From Minisyncoccota bacterium (GTDB lineage Bacteria > Patescibacteriota > Minisyncoccia > Phycocordibacterales > UBA1006): a DNA stretch of 64,000 nt. The notes under the pieces were generated by a model. That model was not told the origin of the DNA, did not search any database, and saw nothing but the letters and a program-made list of their open reading frames with translations. Location of the stretch: positions 31,849 through 95,848 of the forward strand of contig JAIPIY010000001.1 in NCBI GenBank assembly GCA_021734445.1, given 5' to 3'. Each line of letters starts with the position of its first letter. Positions within the stretch are counted from its first letter, which is position 1. A program made the translations under genes and the position numbers. Positions 48,668 to 59,761 of this stretch are shown here, piece by piece.

Positions 48668-51600
48668 TTATTTTGATTCAGTTTCAAACGCTGTATCAAT
48701 GATCCCCTTTGTAACAGAAAACGGCTCAGAAGTAAATACAGGAGTATATGATTCATCTGCATTTTTTGCTTCGATGGTAATATAATAGTTTCCATTTGCT
48801 ATCAAACAATAATATCTTCCTCTTTCATCAATAATTACGTGCTTGATTTCTTTTTGCAGTTTTGCAGAAAATACACGAATAATTCCAAATGACAATGGAA
48901 CACCACGATGCGTAACCGTTCCATGCGGATGTGGTTTTAATAACGTAACACGAACAAAAAAGATGAGAATATATGCGACAAATACAATAATATTTAATGT
49001 TGACGGTAATACAAACAATGTCCATGTTGCAATTCCAAAACCAATCCAAAAGAATAGGCTGGCTATTTTAACCAATATGGCTTCATGTTTCACATCAAAA
49101 CTCATGACACCCATTTCTTTTTTCGCAAATTCATTCCAATTAAATTTCAATGGATCCATGGGAATATTGTGTTTGATTACTTGCCCTTCTTCGGTGATGA
49201 TTATCTGTCCTCCAAAATACAGATTGTCATATACTGCGTCTTTTGTAGTATTTGCCAGTTTTTGTGATGGGAATTGATAATCTGTTTTGTGAATCACAAG
49301 GGTATAGGTTCCTGGTTTCACCAAAAATCCATACCGACCATCCAAATCAGTAATAGAAGTTGCTACTTCGTTACCGTTTACATCCATCAACATCACATAT
49401 GCTGGATCAAGAGGTTGTTTGGTTACTGCATCATATACAACCCCCCATTTTTCTACTTTTTTCTTGAGACCAAGACCCGACAGTAGGAAATTCCACAATC
49501 GCATAGGTACCGTAGATAACTGTGGTAACAATGCCATGCCTGCGGTTGCAATACCGGCAACACTGGCCAAGATACCTAATGTGGTCATTGTTTTACCAGT
49601 AGTGCTTTGCACAAAATCAGTTACAGAAGCAACTATTTCTTCAATGAAATCAGTGAATCCTGATGATGAGCCATCTGACCCCTGATTATCCGTAGTTGAT
49701 GATAAGGTATCTTCATTATCATCAAAAGGAAAATCTTCAAATTCCTCTTCAGTATCTTCCATATCTTCTTCATCTATGGGCTCATCTTCGTCTACCGGGT
49801 CTTCGGTTGGTGATTCTGGGGTTGGAGTATTTGGTGAATCAGTAGGCTCTCCTGTTGTTGGTGGCTCACCGGTAGATGTAGTTGTTGGAACAATAATAGC
49901 CGAACCTCCAGAAGAAGATGTGCTATCTGTATTTGAATCTTCTTCCTCATCTTCTGGCTCTACTGCTTGAGTAATAGCAAATGATGAAAAAGAGGTGGCA
50001 TTAAAAATACATCGATTTTTACTATCAATAGTACACTGAGTTAACGCAGACCAAGAGCTTGATTCTGGGGATTTGTGAAATACTGTATATGTTTCTCCTA
50101 TGATAATTCCGGGTATATTTTCAAGCTGAATTTCAACAGACTGAGAAGCCTGTAAATTACTGTTTGGTAATCCAAAAGAAAAACTACGCAGAACTTCTTG
50201 ATTATCAATACCGGGTAGTGTAGTAAGGCCCAAATCATCTATTAACGTCAGGGCTTCAAAATTTGTTTTACCTAAATATCTAAATTCAGTCCCTGCATCA
50301 ATCGTAATTCGATCATTAATAGAAATTGAATCAAAGACAATAGCATTATTAAACAATGCGCGTATACCATTTGTTCCTTCGAATCTCTCTCCCCAACCCT
50401 CATTCAGGGGTTCATATATTCCTGATCTATACAAAGACCAAACAAGATCATCTCCAGAAACAGTGTAAGAATTAGTTGCATCAAGCCAAGAAATTTGAGA
50501 ATTATCAACAGCATTAGGGTTCATATACCCATATCCATATCCATACGTGAATTCATTCCCAGGAGCAGAAGATCCACCAGATGTATCATATTTTGAAACT
50601 TCTAATTTCCATCCAGCAGAAGGGGCCGTATCTATATGAAGCACATGCGGAACATCTTCAGATAATACAAAATCCAACCCATACATGCTCGTAAAAGAGT
50701 CTCCTAATAAATCCATTCGAAACCAAGCACTACCATCTACAAGCCTTTCAACTGATGTATTATAATTCAATGGATTACCATCATCCGAATATGCCACATA
50801 CAATACTCCATCCGAATCAGCTTCCATTTTAATATATTGAGGAGCATGACTTGAAAAACCTTGTGCGCCGACAAAAACACCTCCACCAGAAGAAACATCT
50901 TTTACAGAAACATGCCCGCCTCCATATGCATAGTCCTGATATGCAATATACAAACTATCATCGACAGATACCATATCAAAAGAACCCGATATAGTTGTAT
51001 ACAATGGATGTAATAGAATTGATTCCCACTCTAATGCCAAAGTTTTCACATCAATACGATACAAAGAACCATCATAATATTTATAAGCAACATAGAGATC
51101 ATCATTATCATCAATAGAAAAACTCAATACTGACATAGCCCCGGTAGCAACAACCTCTGTTGTTGGTCCTTCTACATTTTCCCAATCAGGTCCATTGTCA
51201 TATTTTAAAACACGCAGAGTTCCCGTATCATTAATAGCAACATGAACAACGTCCTGTGAATCCAGAGCGATTGCATGATCATACATAGTAGCAAGAGTCA
51301 TAATAGGACCAGCACCAATCACTTGCCAAGAACCACCAACCAATTTAATCACCGTGGGCCCAGTAGTTCCCTGGAATAAAACATAGGGCACATCCTGAGA
51401 ATCCAAAGCAATCTTTGGTCGGGAACCCGTAAATCCCGTTTCCTGAAATGTATTCCATGACCCCTCTGTGTATCCAACAACTTTTATGGCACCTGAAAAA
51501 TTATCCACATACGCCACAGCAATTTTATCATCTGAACCTCTTGCCATGGAAAACCCTTGTGCCAGACCAACCGATGTAGTAGGAAAAATATTTTCTGAAA

Positions 51601-51838
51601 TATCAACCCATACTGGATTTGAAACCATTCTATATCCCGCTAACTGTCCCAAATCCCAACCATATCCGTATCCATAACCATATCCATAGCCATATCCCCA
51701 ACCAACAGACCCTGTTTGCCGTGCAAACTGAGCAAAAGCAACACCCGAACTGGCAATCAATCCAATAATCAGAATAGCAATGAAACTTTGTTTTTTTGTA
51801 ACGAAAAAATTGTGTATTTTTTTTATGTGCTGGATCAT
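48668..51838 (-). CDS. Large surface protein: signal peptide, (GY)n motifs, beta-propeller-like region, acidic linker, carboxypeptidase-regulatory-like domains and TM segments
   Basis: [23 protein letters not shown]; repeated [10 protein letters not shown]; [26 protein letters not shown]. Confidence 0.8.
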   Translation of the reverse strand: MIQHIKKIHNFFVTKKQSFIAILIIGLIASSGVAFAQFARQTGSVGWGYGYGYGYGYGYGWDLGQLAGYRMVSNPVWVDISENIFPTTSVGLAQGFSMARGSDDKIAVAYVDNFSGAIKVVGYTEGSWNTFQETGFTGSRPKIALDSQDVPYVLFQGTTGPTVIKLVGGSWQVIGAGPIMTLATMYDHAIALDSQDVVHVAINDTGTLRVLKYDNGPDWENVEGPTTEVVATGAMSVLSFSIDDNDDLYVAYKYYDGSLYRIDVKTLALEWESILLHPLYTTISGSFDMVSVDDSLYIAYQDYAYGGGHVSVKDVSSGGGVFVGAQGFSSHAPQYIKMEADSDGVLYVAYSDDGNPLNYNTSVERLVDGSAWFRMDLLGDSFTSMYGLDFVLSEDVPHVLHIDTAPSAGWKLEVSKYDTSGGSSAPGNEFTYGYGYGYMNPNAVDNSQISWLDATNSYTVSGDDLVWSLYRSGIYEPLNEGWGERFEGTNGIRALFNNAIVFDSISINDRITIDAGTEFRYLGKTNFEALTLIDDLGLTTLPGIDNQEVLRSFSFGLPNSNLQASQSVEIQLENIPGIIIGETYTVFHKSPESSSWSALTQCTIDSKNRCIFNATSFSSFAITQAVEPEDEEEDSNTDSTSSSGGSAIIVPTTTSTGEPPTTGEPTDSPNTPTPESPTEDPVDEDEPIDEEDMEDTEEEFEDFPFDDNEDTLSSTTDNQGSDGSSSGFTDFIEEIVASVTDFVQSTTGKTMTTLGILASVAGIATAGMALLPQLSTVPMRLWNFLLSGLGLKKKVEKWGVVYDAVTKQPLDPAYVMLMDVNGNEVATSITDLDGRYGFLVKPGTYTLVIHKTDYQFPSQKLANTTKDAVYDNLYFGGQIIITEEGQVIKHNIPMDPLKFNWNEFAKKEMGVMSFDVKHEAILVKIASLFFWIGFGIATWTLFVLPSTLNIIVFVAYILIFFVRVTLLKPHPHGTVTHRGVPLSFGIIRVFSAKLQKEIKHVIIDERGRYYCLIANGNYYITIEAKNADESYTPVFTSEPFSVTKGIIDTAFETESK

Positions 51839-51894
51839 AATGATTTTTTTATAGTAATAGCTTGCGTCCTATAGTATACTATACACACAAAAAT

Positions 51895-53376
51895 ATGCAT
51901 AGAGTATCTTCTTTTCTACAACAACATAGTGTGACCATTATTTTATTTGGTATTCTTATCTTTGGAGGATATATCCGACTACACAATCTTGGTGAACCAT
52001 CGCTATGGATTGACGAAGGTTATTCCATCAATGCTGCACAACAGATTTTAAAACACGATGTACCATTGTTGGAATCTGGTCAGATGTATACCAACCAACC
52101 CCTGGCATCATATATTGTTGCCGGGTCAATAAAGATTTTTGGCTTTGATCCTTATTCCCCATGGAGCGCGCGATTACCCTTTGCATTATTTGGAATATTC
52201 AATATTCTTATGGTTTTTTTGTTAACCAAGAGATTATTTGATGACCAATGGATTGCGTTAGGGGCTGCATTTTTTACTGCCTTTTTCCCATGGGAAATTG
52301 CATGGGCCAGACAAGCCCGAGGATACAGCATGTTGCAATTCTTTCTCTTGCTTTCTTTTGATCATGTAATTGGATTTATTCAAGAAAGAAAAACCTATCA
52401 TGCACTATTAGCCAGCATTTCTTTTCTATTTGCTTATTTCAGTCATAATCTCGCTATTGCTTTTTTACCGGGATTATTTTTGGTTCTTGGGCTATGGATG
52501 TTATTGGGCATTCAAAAAATATCTTGGAGAAAATCTTGGCCATTTTTATTATTATCCATTGCCGCAATAGCAGTCGGGCAATCGTGGTTGCAAAATCTTG
52601 ACATTATTAATTATATAGAATTTTATAATCGATTTATTATCGAAAATATGCCATGGATATTTGGATTTGGATTCATAGGATTTATTTTGGCGATTTTTCA
52701 AAAAAGATATATCGTATCAGGTATTCTTTTATTAGGAACCACCACTATTGCCTATGTTATTATTGCGTCATATGGAGTAACATTACAATATCGATATCTT
52801 GTGCCCCTGATCCCCTTTTTAGGAATTGGATGTATTTATTTTTTATATGATATTTTTCATAAAATAATCAGTGCGACAAAAAGGTATTCATTACATACTA
52901 TTGTTTCCCCTATTGTGTGTATTATTTTTTGTATCTTACTGGTTATAACAAATCAATCTGTATTTCACCCAACATCGCAACTAGATACCGGTTCCCCACA
53001 GCCAGATTTTAAACATGCCTACGAATATATTAAAGAAAATAAAAATCCTTATGACGTAGTTGTCTCTCCTTATGCACATTTAACAAATATCTATTTAGGT
53101 TATCCTGAAACACTATTACCCATATCATTAACTGGACGAACACAAGAATTTAATCTCACCATAACAAAAGAAAATACTGATTATTATACAAATGCCCCTA
53201 TTGTACAACAAGATGAATTTTTAAATTTCATACATAACAATAATGGATATATTATTCTAGACAGCATGGCAATTTCAAGAATTCCAGAAATAATGCAGAC
53301 AATTCAGTCACAAAAACTGCAATTAGTATTTTTGAAATATCAAAATACGCTAGGAATTTGGGTTTTTAAATTTTAA
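51895..53376 (+). CDS. GT-C fold membrane glycosyltransferase (PMT/ArnT-like)
   Basis: IRLHNLG..SLWIDEGYS, SARLP, WARQARGY, RY..P..P; about 12 TMs. Confidence 0.85.
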   Translation: MHRVSSFLQQHSVTIILFGILIFGGYIRLHNLGEPSLWIDEGYSINAAQQILKHDVPLLESGQMYTNQPLASYIVAGSIKIFGFDPYSPWSARLPFALFGIFNILMVFLLTKRLFDDQWIALGAAFFTAFFPWEIAWARQARGYSMLQFFLLLSFDHVIGFIQERKTYHALLASISFLFAYFSHNLAIAFLPGLFLVLGLWMLLGIQKISWRKSWPFLLLSIAAIAVGQSWLQNLDIINYIEFYNRFIIENMPWIFGFGFIGFILAIFQKRYIVSGILLLGTTTIAYVIIASYGVTLQYRYLVPLIPFLGIGCIYFLYDIFHKIISATKRYSLHTIVSPIVCIIFCILLVITNQSVFHPTSQLDTGSPQPDFKHAYEYIKENKNPYDVVVSPYAHLTNIYLGYPETLLPISLTGRTQEFNLTITKENTDYYTNAPIVQQDEFLNFIHNNNGYIILDSMAISRIPEIMQTIQSQKLQLVFLKYQNTLGIWVFKF

Positions 53377-53641
53377 CTTTTTGTAAAATAACATAAAACT
53401 CCAAAGCATTACGAACTGTTGGATATATGTGAACAATTTTTAATGATTCTAAAAAGATACCCGGGGTTAATTTCCAACAGTGAATATTGAAACGCAATTA
53501 AATATCATAAAATGCGATAATATTTTTACCCTATTTCTTGTAATATTCTTTTTCATTATATCTTTAGTGATCTTTTATAATTTCGCACTGATTAAAATCT
53601 TGTAGGTTTGGTTTATTTTTTTATAGATTAATTATTTATTT

Positions 53642-54817
53642 TTATAGACCTAATATCGATTCGACGAAGAGAAAAGAATCTTCAAATGTCTTTTCCCAAC
53701 TGGTTTCCATGTTATTTGCACGGTAGTTTTCATATCTTCCTTCGGGGTTTTGTGCCAACATAACTGCTTGTTTGAAATATATATCCACAAAATCATCCCG
53801 TATAATATCTCCACATATAATATTTTTTGAATAATGTGCATTCGTCCTCTTTTGATAGGTATTTGTTAATGCAACACCACCACTGGATGCGATATCCATG
53901 GGCATATATCCAGGATGTGGTGTCCATAATAATGAAAACCCAAGATCCACTTTTTTTAAAAAGTCTGAATATTCTTCCCATGTCATTTTACCTAATACAT
54001 GCGGAATAACACCATTAAAAAAATGAGGTGGATCAATATTCTCTCCGGCAAAATAAATTTTCCATTTTTCTTTTTCTAAAACTTTTTTTTGAAAAGCTTC
54101 TTCAATCAATTTTAAACCTGTATAGTATAAATTGCGAGGCGTATTCGGGCGTGCATAAAAGAGCAATACATAGGTATCCTTCGGAAGAAATGCATTCTTA
54201 TTCGGTTGATATAAATGTGAAGTAAATGCGGGTTCGAAATAAATACTATTATGTTTGATATTTTCAAAAGATGAGTTTTGAAAATATTCAAATAAAATCC
54301 TAGAATTTACAATATATTTTACTCTTGGATTCGCTAATACTTTTTCACACCAATATGCATCATCGCCGTTATTATAGAATACAACTTCTGATTCTTGAAT
54401 AATGTGAAAAAAGTTTTCCATAAGACACACCTTATTAACAAGATAGGAAGACCACCAAGATGTTGCAACAAATATATCTTTTTCAGATATTTCCAAGGCA
54501 GTATTATATGATTCTGCAGTATAAGTACTAAAAAACTCTACCTGTATAGGCTTTTCTATGTTCATAGATTTTAAAAAGTTTTCATATGCAACTGGTTGTG
54601 CTTCCTCATCTCGTATAATAATTCGTAATACATAACCCGTACGTAGCGCAAAAAGAGTTGCAAATATAATCACTGTTGCTACCCCTCCAAAAACATACTT
54701 ATCTTGTAGTGAATCCAGCACAAGATTGATTCGATAAGAATCACGAGACACCCTCTTTGTTTTCCAAACAGGCAAATATGCTAATTTTGTATACATAAGA
54801 TGTTGAACGGATTGCAT
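53642..54817 (-). CDS. WsaF-like rhamnosyltransferase
   Basis: RINLV, FGGVAT, FVATSWWS, IIQE.E..FY, FYARP.TPRN, L..TPHPGY. Confidence 0.75.
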   Translation of the reverse strand: MQSVQHLMYTKLAYLPVWKTKRVSRDSYRINLVLDSLQDKYVFGGVATVIIFATLFALRTGYVLRIIIRDEEAQPVAYENFLKSMNIEKPIQVEFFSTYTAESYNTALEISEKDIFVATSWWSSYLVNKVCLMENFFHIIQESEVVFYNNGDDAYWCEKVLANPRVKYIVNSRILFEYFQNSSFENIKHNSIYFEPAFTSHLYQPNKNAFLPKDTYVLLFYARPNTPRNLYYTGLKLIEEAFQKKVLEKEKWKIYFAGENIDPPHFFNGVIPHVLGKMTWEEYSDFLKKVDLGFSLLWTPHPGYMPMDIASSGGVALTNTYQKRTNAHYSKNIICGDIIRDDFVDIYFKQAVMLAQNPEGRYENYRANNMETSWEKTFEDSFLFVESILGL

Positions 54818-54818
54818 A

Positions 54819-57800
54819 TTATTTTTGATCAAAAAAATCTTTTGTATAATCAATATTTAAATCAGTGTTTACCCCAACTTTTTTCTTTTCACCCTGACCA
54901 ATCCACATCTCGCATTCCAGGCGGTACGATTCAAACTCCCACCCACGCTTATCTTTTCTATCATGCAATTGTAATTCTCTTTTTTGTATAGAAGGTAATG
55001 TTCTTATATATACACTTTGAGCCCACCAAAAATTACCTGAAAAATGAGAGTGTGTATGCACAGAAAATGGTTGTCGTATAGAATTATCAACAGGATGTTC
55101 TTTCCATCCACAACCAGCAATATCACAACCTTTGTTTAAAAAAGATATACACTTTTTATATTCTTTTATATTTTTTTCCACAAGCCGTTCTCTCCATTTT
55201 ATTTTTACAGAATCATTTGATTGTGACACCCCTTTTGTATGACAATAAAAAATATACGCATCTTGTGTATGTGAAAATTCTTGCAAATAGGTTAACAATG
55301 GATATTCTACTTCGGTAATATCGGGACTAGTATATACACATTTCATTTTTTTATATGTTTTTAATAAAAGCAAAAAAGAATCGGTTGGATCCCCAAGCAG
55401 TGCATAGTATATTTCTTCGCATTCATCATATAATCCTGAATCTTGCATGGATTGTATCATCGTATGCACAATTTCAGCATAATTATATATACAACAAATA
55501 TGAAAAAATACATATATTTTTTTTGTTTTTTGGATACTGTAATTATCTGGGATCAAAGTAATAAAATCATAGCTATATCGATTTTGAGGATATTCATATA
55601 TCACCCTTCCTGCGTCATATACTAATTTACCCACATATCTCTCTAGCCCATGAATAACAGTTCCATTCTCAACATATCCCATAGGTTGCTCTTTTTCTAA
55701 AAAACTAATAAACTTTTGAGAAATTATTTTTTCAAGAATATCATAGCGAACCCAAAAAATACTTCCAGATATCCAGGAATATTGAGTGTGTTGTTCATCT
55801 GTATGGGCATAGATTTTTTCAATAGAAGGTTCATATACTTCATCTGAAGAAAAAATATTTCCCAATGCACCAACATGACTACCCCCTATCATACCTGCAT
55901 CTGAATATTCTAAGTTATGCAAAATTGCATTGACTGTTTTTTCATCATGCAACACATGATCCATAAGATCATAAAACCATTTCGCACCCATAGATGGATC
56001 ATACAAAGATTTTTTAGTATGCACTTTCAAGATAAATTGAGTATCTTTTGGGACATGAGCTAGCGCCTTTACAAAAGGTAATATATCTAATCCTTGATTT
56101 TCATATGTAAAAATCTTTACATCAGGGTATGCATTTTTAACTTTTTTTATAAAGCTTTTTGAATAATGACCCTGTGTCAAGGTGATAATAATATGAAATG
56201 GCTCTTCTATATATTGCAACCGTTTATAAATTTCTTCCCACATATCTTCATAAAAAATATGCGCAATAACCGTAATACGAGGATGCTTCGTGTCTTTCTG
56301 TGTTACAAGCGGGGTATACAAGAATTTTGTTTTGCGACGCAAGAAATATTTTTCAAAAAATTTCTTTGGATTATATATTGCCCAAATTATCTGTGGGTAG
56401 GTTGGCATAGATCTCCAAACATGCTTTTTGAGAAATTTTAAAGGGTGTAAAATAACCCAACGAATTTGTGGATAAGTAGGAAACCCTTGCCACACGTTTT
56501 TTTTCAAAAAACGAAGAGGGTGATGTAATGCCCACCGTATTCGTATATACAGATTTTTCATTTTTGCCAAAAGAGAATTCGATTGTATATGCATAAGAAG
56601 ATTTTCTTTTTGTTGCAATACCTGCTGTGTTGTTTGCAAAGCAAGTTGGATAGACTGAATATGATCTTGCAATGATGCAATATATCGGTCTTTTTCAATA
56701 ACACCTTGAGAAAGAAAATCTTTTTCTAACATAGTAACATCTATTTGTTTTTCTTTTTCCTGAACAAGGTTCTGCAATTCCAATTCTTTTTGTTGTTTTT
56801 TCTCTAGCAATTGAATCAAGGCAAATGTTTTTTCACGATAGTTTTTTTCTATTTTTTCTAATCTTGCAATTACAGCTTGTTGTCTATCATCATGAGAATG
56901 TTGATCTATATGCATCTTTTCAAGAATATCCTGCTTTGACGTAGAAATATTTTTTTGAATAGCTTCAATGTCTTTATTTTGTTGTTCTAAGTAGGTGCAT
57001 TGATTTTCCAAAACCTGTATCTGCTGTAGATAGGTTGCCTTCTCTTTGTCAAAATCTTTTTCTAACCAGTCGTGTAACATGGATGCATCACGCAACATCA
57101 TGGCTGAAAACCCTATTTCTGACATATCATAATCAGAAACCATATACCCAGACATGTCTAAATTTCGATATAACCGAATATCAAATAATTTAACTACAAA
57201 TTCTTTTTTTTCTTGATATTGTTGTGCTAAAAAACCAAAAGGATCGGCATCAACGAATTTCTCTACTTCTCTTTGAAAATTCGCGTGTAATAGATTATAC
57301 GAAACGTAGATATTTTTTTTATTATGGATACATTCCTGTATTGAAGAATAGGTTCGAGACCACAGAGAAAAGAAATTTTTTACTGCTGTAATATTTTTTC
57401 TTTTCTGTAGTGAGTATATAATTTCTATTGGATTACGGTAGGTAATAATATAACAAGTATTCTCTGGTAAATACTCTTGCCATAATGGCAACGTAATTGG
57501 CATACGAGGGTCTTTTATACCCCATACAGCTTTTTGTGATTGCATGTCATGAATAAATGATTCAATACGATCACGAATAGAATTTAATCGTACATCTTTT
57601 TGCCAACCATATTGCAATATGGGAATAGTATCCCAGGTACCACCAAATACTGACAAAATATCATCATTTATGGACATGACCTTGTTGTTTTCAAAATACC
57701 CATATGGATTTTCAACTGTTTGCGACAGCATGTCTTCTTCTCTGCCAAGAAAAACACCTAATTTAGACAATATACCAGAAACAAGGGATGTCCCACTGCG

Positions 57801-57842
57801 ATGCATCCCTAATACAATATAACAGGTATGTTTTTGATTCAT
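54819..57842 (-). CDS. Multidomain glycan enzyme: sulfotransferase-like domain, coiled coil, 3x25-aa repeat, RgpF-like domain, second GT-like domain
   Basis: LGMHRSGTS/IKDPR; Q/E/K-rich heptads; AHIFY..NQGLDILPF..VHTKKS..GSIFW..HGLER; YCHTKG..HFSGNFWWA. Confidence 0.8.
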   Translation of the reverse strand: MNQKHTCYIVLGMHRSGTSLVSGILSKLGVFLGREEDMLSQTVENPYGYFENNKVMSINDDILSVFGGTWDTIPILQYGWQKDVRLNSIRDRIESFIHDMQSQKAVWGIKDPRMPITLPLWQEYLPENTCYIITYRNPIEIIYSLQKRKNITAVKNFFSLWSRTYSSIQECIHNKKNIYVSYNLLHANFQREVEKFVDADPFGFLAQQYQEKKEFVVKLFDIRLYRNLDMSGYMVSDYDMSEIGFSAMMLRDASMLHDWLEKDFDKEKATYLQQIQVLENQCTYLEQQNKDIEAIQKNISTSKQDILEKMHIDQHSHDDRQQAVIARLEKIEKNYREKTFALIQLLEKKQQKELELQNLVQEKEKQIDVTMLEKDFLSQGVIEKDRYIASLQDHIQSIQLALQTTQQVLQQKENLLMHIQSNSLLAKMKNLYIRIRWALHHPLRFLKKNVWQGFPTYPQIRWVILHPLKFLKKHVWRSMPTYPQIIWAIYNPKKFFEKYFLRRKTKFLYTPLVTQKDTKHPRITVIAHIFYEDMWEEIYKRLQYIEEPFHIIITLTQGHYSKSFIKKVKNAYPDVKIFTYENQGLDILPFVKALAHVPKDTQFILKVHTKKSLYDPSMGAKWFYDLMDHVLHDEKTVNAILHNLEYSDAGMIGGSHVGALGNIFSSDEVYEPSIEKIYAHTDEQHTQYSWISGSIFWVRYDILEKIISQKFISFLEKEQPMGYVENGTVIHGLERYVGKLVYDAGRVIYEYPQNRYSYDFITLIPDNYSIQKTKKIYVFFHICCIYNYAEIVHTMIQSMQDSGLYDECEEIYYALLGDPTDSFLLLLKTYKKMKCVYTSPDITEVEYPLLTYLQEFSHTQDAYIFYCHTKGVSQSNDSVKIKWRERLVEKNIKEYKKCISFLNKGCDIAGCGWKEHPVDNSIRQPFSVHTHSHFSGNFWWAQSVYIRTLPSIQKRELQLHDRKDKRGWEFESYRLECEMWIGQGEKKKVGVNTDLNIDYTKDFFDQK
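56320..56540 (-). repeat. Three 75-bp (25-aa) coding repeats I(R/I)W...P.(R/K)F.(K/E)K..W...PTYPQ
   Basis: IRWALHHPLRFLKKNVWQGFPTYPQ / IRWVILHPLKFLKKHVWRSMPTYPQ / IIWAIYNPKKFFEKYF. Confidence 0.8.
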
Positions 57843-57881
57843 TGTGCACAATATATAGGTTTTTCTGTTGAAATACAAGAA

Positions 57882-58535
57882 CTAGAGTAAATCTCTATAT
57901 AATTCTACATCTTGTGTATTATAAGACCGTATTTTTTCTTCGTTGTGCAGACCTTTTATGGGAGTAATATTTTCTGATATACCATTCCAATGAAATCCTA
58001 GATTTTGTACATCTTTATGAAATTGTTCTGTGCGACAAATAATAAGATCTGGAAAAGAAATATCAATAGACCGAGATAGCATGTTTTGAGATCTTATATA
58101 ATGATCATCTGTTATTTCATTAATGCCCCAGTGAACCTTATAGTGATCTAACTCTGACATTACTCGATCAATAGGATCGCGGACAAAAGCGAGTGTGGTA
58201 ATGTGAAAAAAATGAGAATCAAGTTTTCTTAGCATGTGCCATGTGATCTCTTTTTCAAAATGACCATGAATCGCATAAATATTATTTTCTTTAATATACG
58301 CAATAACATCCTCTATCAAGATTCCTTTAGATTCATGTATCATGTCATGAATACCTTGTAGGGTGTGGTGTATAACAAAACGACTTGCATCATTTTCACA
58401 TGGATATACATACAAGAATGAATCACCAAATGAATCTGCTAAAATTTTCCCAAATGTAGTTCCACCTGTTTTAGGAATATGCACAGAAAGTAAAAATGTT
58501 TCTTTTGTATCTATTTTTTCTTTTAAATTTTTCAT
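57882..58535 (-). CDS. Sulfotransferase family protein
   Basis: HIPKTGGTT 5'-PSB loop, IHGHF, FVRDPIDRVMS 3'-PB motif. Confidence 0.82.
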   Translation of the reverse strand: MKNLKEKIDTKETFLLSVHIPKTGGTTFGKILADSFGDSFLYVYPCENDASRFVIHHTLQGIHDMIHESKGILIEDVIAYIKENNIYAIHGHFEKEITWHMLRKLDSHFFHITTLAFVRDPIDRVMSELDHYKVHWGINEITDDHYIRSQNMLSRSIDISFPDLIICRTEQFHKDVQNLGFHWNGISENITPIKGLHNEEKIRSYNTQDVELYRDLL

Positions 58536-58537
58536 AT

Positions 58538-59761
58538 TTATTCAGACCAACGATGTGGCATGTGAACCAAACCATTTCGTTTATCGCCTGGAATTACCTT
58601 GAAATATGCTTGATGTTCCGACCCCAGATACATGTCATAAAATACCTGTTCGCCATTTTCTTTTTCAGAAAATAAACTAGTATTAATAACAAATTCACCT
58701 TTATGAAACAAAGCTTCGGGGAATGTTAACACTATCCTATTTTTTCCTTTTTTCCATGGATGTTGATATGTTTCATACAACGTATTATTGCCACACACCC
58801 ACGCATCTGTTTTTTTATCCAATATTCCCAAACCAACATGCAACTGTTGTGAAATATCTTTGATATCATAATTAATTTCAATACGTATTGTTTCTCTAGA
58901 TTCAAAAACTGATGTTTCTATGTTTCTATCATTATACAACCGAACATCAACGATTGAGTTTTTCTTTTTTTTTGTATCTGAAACAGTTTCATCCTGCTGT
59001 TCCTGCATTAATAATTTTTGATATGCAAAAAGAGATTTTGCGGCGGTATCTATGATATGCATCCGACCATGATCCAAAATTAATACCCTATCTGCAAAAT
59101 CTCGTACAGACTGTTCTCCGTGGGAAACTAATATAATAGTTTTTCCCATACGTTTCAAACGACGCAATTCCGCAAGACATTTTTCTTGAAATGGTGCATC
59201 CCCAACTGCCAACACTTCATCCATTAACAATACCTCTTTGTTAGCATGAATGGCCACAGAAAAAGCTAACCGCATATACATCCCCGAAGAATAGTTTTTT
59301 ACCTTTTGATCAATAAATCTTTCTAATTCAGAAAAATTAATAATGGCATCGATTTTTTCATCAATTTCTTTTTTAGACAAACCCAATACGGTTGCATTTA
59401 AATAAATATTATCACGTCCTGACAATTCACCATGAAACCCAATACCCAACTCTAGAAAAGGAGATATTCCACCTGATACGATTACTGAACCTGAATCCTG
59501 TTCATACACACCAGCAAGAATCTTTAACAGAGTTGATTTTCCGCTACCATTTCGCCCCATAATAGCAAAAAATTCACCTTGATAGACATCAAAAGAAATA
59601 TCGTCCAATGCATGCAATACATCATGGGTTCTTTTTTTCATCATGTGTACAAACATGCCCCGCAACGTTTGTATCTTTTCATGAGGAATAATAAATTTTT
59701 TATTCAGATTACGTACCGACACAGCAACGGTGGTATTTTTTTGTTCTGTACTTTTTTTCAT
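58538..59761 (-). CDS. wzt: Polysaccharide ABC exporter ATPase with C-terminal carbohydrate-binding extension
   Basis: GRNGSGKST, YSSGM..RLAF, DEVLAVGD, plus ~150-aa Wzt_C-like domain. Confidence 0.9.
   Translation of the reverse strand: MKKSTEQKNTTVAVSVRNLNKKFIIPHEKIQTLRGMFVHMMKKRTHDVLHALDDISFDVYQGEFFAIMGRNGSGKSTLLKILAGVYEQDSGSVIVSGGISPFLELGIGFHGELSGRDNIYLNATVLGLSKKEIDEKIDAIINFSELERFIDQKVKNYSSGMYMRLAFSVAIHANKEVLLMDEVLAVGDAPFQEKCLAELRRLKRMGKTIILVSHGEQSVRDFADRVLILDHGRMHIIDTAAKSLFAYQKLLMQEQQDETVSDTKKKKNSIVDVRLYNDRNIETSVFESRETIRIEINYDIKDISQQLHVGLGILDKKTDAWVCGNNTLYETYQHPWKKGKNRIVLTFPEALFHKGEFVINTSLFSEKENGEQVFYDMYLGSEHQAYFKVIPGDKRNGLVHMPHRWSE

Noticed and set aside
53377-53641. Possible decayed methyltransferase remnant (GKNIIAFYDI on the minus strand)
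   Set aside because: Very short, stop-interrupted similarity in AT-rich DNA; cannot be told from chance without a search
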